Shown piece after piece: positions 56,001 through 64,000 of a stretch of DNA of 64,000 nucleotides (position 1 is its first letter; the number at the start of each line of letters is the position of its first letter). The stretch is from positions 288,001 to 352,000 of the forward strand of contig CAVQBA010000004.1 of the NCBI GenBank assembly GCA_963710605.1, given 5' to 3'. A model generated the notes under the pieces. The model was given only the letters and a program-made list of their open reading frames with translations. It was not told where the DNA came from and searched no databases. The translations under genes were made by a program, and so were the position numbers. This DNA comes from an uncultured cyanobacterium. GTDB lineage: Bacteria; Cyanobacteriota; Cyanobacteriia; Cyanobacteriales; Cyanobacteriaceae.

Positions 56001-58086
56001 TTAATTATCAATTATCGCTTTTGCTTTTAGAATAATTTCTTCAAATTCGTCTTGAGGATTAGATAAAATTGTAATCGCCCCACCAATACCAATTGTAGTT
56101 TGTTCGGGGGTAATGATAGCAGTACGAATCACGATATTCAAATCGATCGTACCATTAAGAGCAATAAAACCAATACTACCAGAATAAATACCTCTAGCTT
56201 CGGTTTCTAACTCGTCAATTATTTCCATCGTTCTTTTTTTGGGTGCGCCTGTCATTGAGCCTCCAGGGAAACAAGCTTTGATACAATCTAAAGGTGTAAC
56301 ATCGGGCTTGATTTTTCCTCTGACTGTTGATACCATTTGATGTACCGTACTATAAGTTTCGATTGACATTAATTTAGGTACAGTTACCGAACCAATCTCA
56401 CAAATTTTACCTAAATCATTACGAAGTAAATCAACAATCATTAAGTTTTCTGCTTGTTCTTTTTCACTGTATTGAAGTTGCTTTTTTAGTTGTTCATCTT
56501 CTTGTTTATTCTTGCCTCTTCTTGCTGTACCTTTAATCGGTTTAGATTCTAAATATCCTTTTTTATCTAATTTTAAAAATCTTTCAGGAGAAAAACAAAC
56601 GATCGTCATTTCATCAAAACGAAAAAAAGCACTATAGGGTACGGGATTATTTTTTCTCAGTTGTAGATAAAAGTTTAAAGGCTTCTCAATTGTTTTTAGA
56701 TAAAGCTGATTCGTTAAACAGATTTCGTAACTTTCTCCTGCACGAATTTTAGCTAAACAAATATCTATATCATTAAGATAAGTTTGTTTTTCTCGACTAA
56801 GTTGATAGTTATTTAATTTGTCACCGAAATTATTAGTGACATAAGTAAATTTAAATAATTTTTTTGAGCTTTTTTTCTACTTCTAAAAACCAATCAATTG
56901 CTAATACTTCTTGTTCTTTTTTTCCTATGTAAATTAAATAAGTATCTTGTTGTTGATGATCAAAAACTAGCATTTTTTCCACAAAAAAAAACTGTGCGTC
57001 AGGATAATTCGATCGATGTTGATTATTTGTACCGCATAATGATTTTAATTCATAACTAAAATAACCGACAAAACCACCATTAAAATCAAAAGGAAAATCA
57101 TCAGTAGATTGATAAGTATATTGATTTAATTGTCTTTGTAAAAAATCAAAGATGTCTCCTGTCTCAGTCTGTTTTTGGTTATTTTTAATCGTTGTTATTT
57201 CTTGATTTTGTATTTGATAACTAACTTGAAAACTATTTTCTCCTTTTTCTCCTTCACAACTTCCCATATAAGAAAAACGAGCTAACCCTTTGGCAGTCAT
57301 ACTGCTATCTAACCAAAAGCTATTTTTAGATTCAGCATAAAATGTTTTAAAAGCTAAGGCTGAATCGACAAAATTAGTGATTTTTTTACTATAGATTTTA
57401 AGAGGTATTTTTGCTTGTTTATCTTGAATAGAAACAGGTTGTTTTTGTTTTGATTTAATCGGTAATGAAGTCGTTGAAGAGGAGAAATTCGATCGCTGTT
57501 GTTGATGATATGCTTGAGAAAGACTATTAAAATTGATTAGTAATTGTTTACCATACTCAGAAGCGATCGATTCAGGATGAAATTGAACACCCCAAAACGG
57601 TTTATACTGATGTTTGATTGCCATAACCAAATTATCTTCAGTTGTAGCAATTACCTTTATCGGTTTACAAACAGGTTGCTTTATCAGTAAAGAGTGATAA
57701 CGTACAACTTTGAAAGGTGAGGGAATAGAAGCAAATAAATCGTCATTTTGATGGTAAATATGACTAATTCTACCGTGATATGGTTCGTCTGCTTTAACTA
57801 CTTGATTGCCGTAATAATAACCTAAACCTTGATGTCCTAAACAGATACCTAAAACAGGAATTTGTGAGTTTAATAATACTTGCTGACAAACTCCAAAATC
57901 TCGATTGTTTTGAGGATTACCAGGTCCTGGAGAGATGATAATATTATCAAAATTACCTTGTTGTATTTGTGACCATGATAATTGATCATTAGTGATTACG
58001 ATCGGTTTTTCTGAATTTATCTGAGCAACTAATTGATATATATTGTAGGTAAACGAATCATAGTTATCAATGATTAAAGTTTTCAT
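56001..58086 (-). CDS. pabB: Fused PabA-PabB aminodeoxychorismate synthase; homopolymer frameshift near 56865
   Basis: IDNYDSFT, SPGPG, GICLGHQ, QFHPES; GESYEICLT, SPERFL, PIKGT, MIVDLLRNDL, PGGSMTGAPK. Confidence 0.92.
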
Positions 58087-58296
58087 AAAAAAATATCTAG
58101 AATTCGGAATTCGGAATTAATTAGCTTTTAATGATTAATGATTAATTGCCCTTTAATAACTTATAGGAAGTAATCATAAATTCGTTTAGCTATATATAAC
58201 CTGTTAAAAGAGCAAAGGGTAAAGCTCATTTATAGATACATTTATAGATACATTTATCGTCATTCTAATTAACTTCTCATATAGATGAAGAATAGT

Positions 58297-58361
58297 TAAC
58301 TCTTAACTCTTAACTTTTAGCTTTTAACTTTTAACTCTTAACTCTTAACTCTTAACTCTTA
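58297..58361. repeat. (TTAACTC)n STRR beginning at the stop of the 58352-58732 gene
   Basis: About 9 degenerate heptamer units. Confidence 0.9.
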
Positions 58362-58732
58362 AATTTAAAGTGTTGTTTAACGACATCTAAAACAGAACAA
58401 TTCCAATAATCATAATGAGCAACAATTAAATTATTAGCTACTTTCAATTCGCTTGTACCTGTCACACTAATATATGGTTGCCAAGGCAAAGGGCTATTCC
58501 AAGACATTGTCCATTTAGTATCTATTTGATCTTCTTTTTCGTTTATCTCGTGTAATTCTAAATTAAGATTATTAAAAAACTTAGATAAAAAATTAATCAT
58601 CGTACGGTATTTAGTTAAACCATGAAAATCGTAAATTTTATCTTTAAAATGTATATCTTCTGCGTAAATAGAATAAGTTTGGTCATCAGGAAAATGACTA
58701 TAATCGTCTTTAATAATTTCAACTAAATTCAT
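58352..58732 (-). CDS. DUF2358 / NTF2-like protein
   Basis: YSIYAEDIHFKD, TKWTMSW..PLPWQP, HYDYW. Confidence 0.8.
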   Translation of the reverse strand: MNLVEIIKDDYSHFPDDQTYSIYAEDIHFKDKIYDFHGLTKYRTMINFLSKFFNNLNLELHEINEKEDQIDTKWTMSWNSPLPWQPYISVTGTSELKVANNLIVAHYDYWNCSVLDVVKQHFKFKS

Positions 58733-58755
58733 AATTTAATAATTTCAATTGTTAG

Positions 58756-60264
58756 TTAATCATGTATTTCTTCAGTGTTTGTTTTAGCTAATTCCAAAAG
58801 TATTTGCGGTTTTAATTCTGCTAAATCTTCTTTTAGTTTTCGCCGACTAACGATCGCTTCTTCATTGTGTTTCACATTCAACATTTTACTAACAGAAGCC
58901 CATTGTTTCAAACTAGTTCTTTGTTTGAGACCTATTCTAAACGATAACAAATCTTGACAAAGATGGGGATTTTGTAAGGAAAAAAAGAGTAAAAAATATT
59001 CGTTAGATTCACTTAAAGCATTAATTAGCTGAATACCGATTTTACTTTTTAAATCTAAATAACAAGGTAGCCACCTAGCACCATCTTCCACACTATACAA
59101 AGCAGTAATCCATAAAACCATCGGGTGAGGAAAACTCTGGAAAACAAATTTGTTGTAACGAATATTATTTTTTCTTTTGACTATATCTTCTTCTTCTAGC
59201 ATAGTAAAGATATTAGCAACTAGTTTGTTTTGATGATAAATAACTCGAGGAAAGACAATTTTTTGTTGTGGTTTATTACTTGGCCATGTACTTTTAATTA
59301 AAAAATCTTTTAGTTTATCTTTTTTTGGTACAGAAGAAGTTGATTGATTTATATTTTGAAGATTAGGAAAGGTTTTTCGATTGACTAAAGTACGACCAAA
59401 ATTTTCGAGTTGCTGTAAAATTTCACCGATACTTTGAGGGCGATTATTCGTTGACTTAGCTAAACAACGTAAAACTAATTGCTCAATCGCAGGCGGAATA
59501 TTCAATTCAGGTGAAAAAGGTGATGGCGGTATTTGTGTATGTGCTTTATACCAACTTCCGACAGAATCAACTTCTAAATTCCAAGGATATTTTTTACTCA
59601 GCATTTGGTACATAATCATTCCCAAACTATAAATATCGGAGCGATTATCTAGATTACCTCCTTTAAGTTGTTCTGGTGAACAATATTTAGGTGTACCCAT
59701 AAACTTCTCGACTTTACCATTATCATCTTTGATAATTTGAGCAATACCAAAATCTAAAACTTTGATAATTTGTTTTCCTGTCTCTTCTTCAATTACTAAA
59801 ATATTACTCGGTTTTAAATCTCGATGAATCACAGGGCAAATTTGACCGGAAAAAAAGATGCCATTATGAGCAATTTGCATAGCCCGACAAATTTGGATGG
59901 TAAAGTCTAAAAATGTGGCAATAGTCAAATCATAAGTATCTATCATCTGTGAGAGGCTTTCACCATCAAGATATTCCATGACATAAAAAGGTGCTTGTTG
60001 TTGATTAACCCCATAGTCACTTACTTTGACGATATTTTGACTTCTTTCCGAAAGCAAAGCACTCAAAGTCGCTTCTGTCTGAAACTGTTGAATCATCTTC
60101 ATGTCGTCTAAAGCACGAGAGAGTATTTTTACAGCTACATTTTTATTTTTAGATGCAGTATCCTCCGCTCGGTAAACTGTACCCATTCCACCAACACCAA
60201 TCACTTCTTTTAGTCGATAGCGTTGTACTAATAACTTTTTTGGGGACAAATCATCCTGACTCAT
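58756..60264 (-). CDS. spkA: Ser/Thr protein kinase SpkA
   Basis: Kinase motifs (GxGGMG, HRDLKPSN, DFG); C-terminal WPSNKPQQKIVFP, PHPMVLWIT, RWLPCYLDLK as recalled for Synechocystis SpkA. Confidence 0.85.
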   Translation of the reverse strand: MSQDDLSPKKLLVQRYRLKEVIGVGGMGTVYRAEDTASKNKNVAVKILSRALDDMKMIQQFQTEATLSALLSERSQNIVKVSDYGVNQQQAPFYVMEYLDGESLSQMIDTYDLTIATFLDFTIQICRAMQIAHNGIFFSGQICPVIHRDLKPSNILVIEEETGKQIIKVLDFGIAQIIKDDNGKVEKFMGTPKYCSPEQLKGGNLDNRSDIYSLGMIMYQMLSKKYPWNLEVDSVGSWYKAHTQIPPSPFSPELNIPPAIEQLVLRCLAKSTNNRPQSIGEILQQLENFGRTLVNRKTFPNLQNINQSTSSVPKKDKLKDFLIKSTWPSNKPQQKIVFPRVIYHQNKLVANIFTMLEEEDIVKRKNNIRYNKFVFQSFPHPMVLWITALYSVEDGARWLPCYLDLKSKIGIQLINALSESNEYFLLFFSLQNPHLCQDLLSFRIGLKQRTSLKQWASVSKMLNVKHNEEAIVSRRKLKEDLAELKPQILLELAKTNTEEIHD

Positions 60265-60424
60265 AGTTTAACTATTTAGATTGATTATTGCTTTGATCTT
60301 ACTTATAACTATCTACTTATCGATCAAACTTATTTTTATTATCTTACATAACAAATAATCAATAATCGAGAATTAAGTAATTAGTATTAATTATTTACGA
60401 TTAAGTGTTCCCAATTATTCATTT

Positions 60425-61471
60425 TTATCTATACAAATCAAGTACTTGTTCTAATTTCATTCGTGATAAGACACCTAAAGATAAAGACGATCGTCTTCCT
60501 GCGGTAAAATGATCTACACCAGCACAAGCAATCATAGCCGCATTATCAGTACAATACTTCAAAGGCGGAAAATAAACTTGTAAATTATTTTTTTGAGCGG
60601 CTTGTTGTAAATGTTCTCTTAAACCACTATTAGCCGCCACACCACCACCTACAGCTATATCCGTTAAATTTAGATCTAAACAAGCTCTTATCGCCCTTTT
60701 TGTTAAGGCTTTAGCAACCGTTGCTTGGAAACTAGCACACAAATCTTCGATCGGTAAATTATCTGGGTTTTCGCTTTTTAAACGAGTAATTAGTCTTAAC
60801 ATCGCTGTTTTCAAACCGCTAAAACTAGAGTCATAAGGATGATAACCCTGATTATTCGGTAAAGATATTCTCCCTTCAGGTAACTTAAAAGCCTTAGGAT
60901 TACCATTTTTGGCTAACTTGTCAATTACAGGACCTCCGGGGTAAGGTAAATCTAATAACCTCGCTACCTTATCAAAAGCTTCTCCTGCGGCATCATCACG
61001 AGTTGCCCCGATAGTTTGATAATCACCACTATCTTTTACATGAATTAAACTTGTATGTCCTCCTGATACTAACAGACAAACAAAAGGGGGCTTTAAATCA
61101 GGTTCACTCAGGTAAGAGGCATGGATATGTCCTTCAAGGTGATGTATCCCTAAAAAAGGCTTATTATGTACCATTGCTAGAGTTTTAGCGGTAGTTAAAC
61201 CAACTATTAATGAACCGACTAAACCCGGTGTTACGGTAGAGGCGATCGCATCTATTTCTGACCAAGATAAACCAGATTCATTTAAAGCTCGATCGATACA
61301 AGGATTAATTGTCGTTAAATGTTGACGAGAAGCTAATTCAGGTACAACACCACCATACTCTTTATGTAAATCTATTTGCGATGCCACCACATTGGCTAAA
61401 ACATTACGATTTGTAACGATCGAGACACTAGTTTCATCACAACTACTTTCGACTGCTAAAATTACCGCCAT
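60425..61471 (-). CDS. tsaD: tRNA threonylcarbamoyltransferase
   Basis: ESSCDET, GGVVPE, HHLEGH, VSGGHT, TDNAAMIA. Confidence 0.97.
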   Translation of the reverse strand: MAVILAVESSCDETSVSIVTNRNVLANVVASQIDLHKEYGGVVPELASRQHLTTINPCIDRALNESGLSWSEIDAIASTVTPGLVGSLIVGLTTAKTLAMVHNKPFLGIHHLEGHIHASYLSEPDLKPPFVCLLVSGGHTSLIHVKDSGDYQTIGATRDDAAGEAFDKVARLLDLPYPGGPVIDKLAKNGNPKAFKLPEGRISLPNNQGYHPYDSSFSGLKTAMLRLITRLKSENPDNLPIEDLCASFQATVAKALTKRAIRACLDLNLTDIAVGGGVAANSGLREHLQQAAQKNNLQVYFPPLKYCTDNAAMIACAGVDHFTAGRRSSLSLGVLSRMKLEQVLDLYR

Positions 61472-61621
61472 TGTTAAGTTAATTTGTTAAGAATAATGAA
61501 CTTTCTCATTATTACTTTACTCCATTTACCGATCACAGTAAAATCGCATTTGAAGCCTATTTATGTGCTTCATTAACTGTAACAAAAACTTATTGTTTCG
61601 TAACAAAGGGAAACAATTTTT

Positions 61622-62140
61622 ATGCGTAAAATATTTAGTTTAGTCTTAGCGTTTATGCTATCGGTGACCTTATGGGTTAACCTAGCACCTTCTGCAAAAG
61701 CAGATCTTGATTTGAGTGTATCTCATCTAACTCCCTGTGGTGAATTACCAGCATTTCAAGAAAAAGCCAAAAACTTCCGTAACACAATTGATGACCCTAA
61801 TTCTGGTCAAAGACGTGCCGAGCTTTATTCTAAAGCACTTTGTGGCCCAGAAGGTTATCCTCATTTGGTGGTAGATGGCAGATTAAGTCGTGCGGGTGAT
61901 TTTATCATTCCTAGTATCTTATTTCTTTATATCGCAGGTTGGATTGGTTGGGTAGGTCGTAAATATCTAATTGCGATTAGAGAAGAGAAAAATACTGAAA
62001 TGCTTGAGGTTGTTCTTGATGTGCCTTTGGCTTTCGGCATGATGATGTCTGGTTTCTTATGGCCAGTAGAAGCTATCAAAGAATTTTCCTCTGGCGACTT
62101 AGTTGTCAAAGATGGTGAAGTTCCTGTTTCACCTCGCTAA
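61622..62140 (+). CDS. psaF: Photosystem I subunit III
   Basis: [33 protein letters not shown]. Confidence 0.97.
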   Translation: MRKIFSLVLAFMLSVTLWVNLAPSAKADLDLSVSHLTPCGELPAFQEKAKNFRNTIDDPNSGQRRAELYSKALCGPEGYPHLVVDGRLSRAGDFIIPSILFLYIAGWIGWVGRKYLIAIREEKNTEMLEVVLDVPLAFGMMMSGFLWPVEAIKEFSSGDLVVKDGEVPVSPR

Positions 62141-62182
62141 TTTTCATTTCTCATTTTTAATCAACTATTAGGAGATAATAGC

Positions 62183-62308
62183 ATGAAAAATTTTTTATCG
62201 ACTGCCCCTGTATTAATAACTGCTTTATTAGTTTTTACAGCAGTTTTATTAATCGAGTTTAATTACTTTTTACCTGATCTTTTATTTCATCCTTTGACTC
62301 AATTATAA
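62183..62308 (+). CDS. psaJ: Photosystem I subunit IX (not in ORF track)
   Basis: [10 protein letters not shown]...[25 protein letters not shown]; directly after psaF. Confidence 0.95.
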   Translation: MKNFLSTAPVLITALLVFTAVLLIEFNYFLPDLLFHPLTQL

Positions 62309-62317
62309 AGATTGATT

Positions 62318-62368
62318 AAGGTACGATTTGTTGGTGAGTATTTCATCGATTGATCGTACCTTTTTTTT
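62318..62368 (+). terminator. Terminator of psaFJ
   Basis: AAGGTACGAT...ATCGTACCTT followed by a T run. Confidence 0.7.
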
Positions 62369-62999
62369 ATATTTATTAATAATTAAAAATTTGACTCATA
62401 TTTAATGTTGATAGTTTTTATCCGTAAAATAACTGACAACTATCAGCTTTTTTAGTTACACGACGACGAAATTCCCCTTCACTACAATATCGTCACGATT
62501 TCAAAATTAATTTTGGCTAAATCTATTTAAAATAGTTACTTTCAAAAAAAAAGAAAATAGAGAATATATTTTTAGAAGAGCAATAAATTTCAATTTATTG
62601 CTTTTGTTGTTACCTCATACCCTAGATTCAACTTCACAAAGCAAATAATTTGCTGTATAACTTTTAAATCTAATCAACTATAACTTAAAACAAGCTGATC
62701 AAACTAATTATCAGTTAGACAAAGAAATCTAATTAATTTGTTTACTTTTACACCAAATTTTATTAACTGTGTAGAATATATTTTAATAATAGCTAGATAT
62801 AAATCATCTCTATTTAAATAAAATAATATTCGAGTAGTCTTTTGTTTGCAATCATCCACTATCTATAAAAATAAAAGCTTAGTGGAAGAAGTAATTAACA
62901 AAATTAAATTTTTCTCATCTAATTCTCGTCTAATTTTCAATAAAATTAAGCACAATTTTAAACATTACTAATTGCTATTATTTTTAAGGCTATTATATT

Positions 63000-64000
63000 A
63001 TGGATTTATCTACATCACTTAACTTTTTAATTCCCTGTTTATTTGCTTTAATTTTAGGGCAATTAATCGTTAGGTTAACTTCTCCTAACTCTACTTGGGC
63101 AAGGAGTATCATTGTCACAGTTTCTTTTATCTTAACTTTACGTTATATCTATTGGCGATCGTTTTATACCCTCAATTTAACTACCACCACCACCACAATC
63201 ATCAGTGTCTTTATCCTTGTCTTAGAAATATTTGCTTGGATAATGCCCTATCTCAATTTGTTTATGTGCATCAAAAGGAAAAGTCGTCATAAGGAAGCTG
63301 ATTACTGGGAAACGAGTGTTAAAGCAGGAGAATACCTCCCCGCAGTTGATGTTTTAATTCCTACTTACAACGAGTCAGTACTGATTTTACGTCGCACAAT
63401 TATTGGTTGTCAGGCGATCGATTATCCCCATAAACAAGTATATTTATTAGATGATAGCGAAAGACCAGAAGTAGAACAACTAGCGACAGAATTAGGATGT
63501 GAATATATAGCCAGAACAGAACATAGTCATGCTAAAGCAGGTAATTTAAACCACGCTTTAAAAATAACAAAAAGTGAATTGATTGCGATCTTTGATGCCG
63601 ATTTTGTACCTTCACATGACTTTTTGACTCGTACCGTTGGTTTTTTCCAAAAAACAAAACTTGCCTTATTACAAACTCATCAACATTTTTACAATCAAGA
63701 CGCAGTAGCCAGAAATTTAGGCTTAGGCAATATTTTAGGGCATCCAGTCGAAGAATTTTCCGCTCGTCTCAATCAACCGATGCGAGATTATCATAATAGT
63801 GTAATGTGTTTTGGTAGCTCATTTGTCGTCAGACGCTCAGCATTAGAAAGTGTTGGTGGTTTTTTCACCGAATCAATCACCGAAGATTACTTTACAGGAA
63901 TCAAACTCCTTGCACACAAATATCAGGTAAATTATCTCAACGAGCGATTGAGTGCAGGGTTAGTGCCAGAAAATATCTCTGCTTTATTTAGCCAAAGGAT
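63000..64000 (+). CDS. GT2 cellulose-synthase-like glycosyltransferase, runs off the window end
   Basis: ATG at 63000; LRYIYWR, DVLIPTYNE, HAKAGNLN, FDADF, QTHQHFYN, SITEDY. Confidence 0.9.
   Translation, partial: MDLSTSLNFLIPCLFALILGQLIVRLTSPNSTWARSIIVTVSFILTLRYIYWRSFYTLNLTTTTTTIISVFILVLEIFAWIMPYLNLFMCIKRKSRHKEADYWETSVKAGEYLPAVDVLIPTYNESVLILRRTIIGCQAIDYPHKQVYLLDDSERPEVEQLATELGCEYIARTEHSHAKAGNLNHALKITKSELIAIFDADFVPSHDFLTRTVGFFQKTKLALLQTHQHFYNQDAVARNLGLGNILGHPVEEFSARLNQPMRDYHNSVMCFGSSFVVRRSALESVGGFFTESITEDYFTGIKLLAHKYQVNYLNERLSAGLVPENISALFSQR

Noticed and set aside
5721-62109. Short antisense or nested ORFs inside acs, aspS, glnN, carA, the kinase genes, rsmG and psaF
   Set aside because: They are shadow frames of well-supported genes, with no independent evidence.
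63095-63292. 65-aa His-rich ORF
   Set aside because: Out-of-frame overlap with the GT2 gene starting at 63000.

Overview
AT-rich cyanobacterial chromosomal window. Evidence: abundant CGATCG/HIP1 sites, heptamer STRRs, psaF-psaJ, ndhM, spkA, glnN with an NtcA-type promoter, and the phycoerythrin lyases cpeZ/cpeY, so probably a phycoerythrin-containing unicellular strain. It is mostly housekeeping genes (acs, aspS, htpX, glnN, egtD, nadE, dusB, queE, carA, clpS, rsmG, pabAB, tsaD). Interspersed are an intact ISAs1-family IS with an adjacent mini-element, several small repeat/MITE families, and decayed type II toxin-antitoxin modules. More than ten genes carry 1-bp frameshifts, so this looks like an imperfectly polished long-read consensus and pseudogene calls are provisional. 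Most notable: (1) three unrelated genes are each broken by an in-frame TGA in the same context CGAT|TGA, consistent with CGATCG>CGATTG and pointing to a modified second cytosine; (2) the 3' end of the essential aspS is interleaved with hicB/hicA-like sequence, suggesting two alternative sequences at this site; (3) two ISAs1-type elements sit in one REP-like hairpin with a triplicated 13-bp target; (4) GTAG-type REPs carry variable 38-45 nt loop inserts, and TATAG-ended MITE shells carry different hairpin cargo; (5) heptamer repeats start at many stop codons. No CRISPR array, rRNA or tRNA was recognised.
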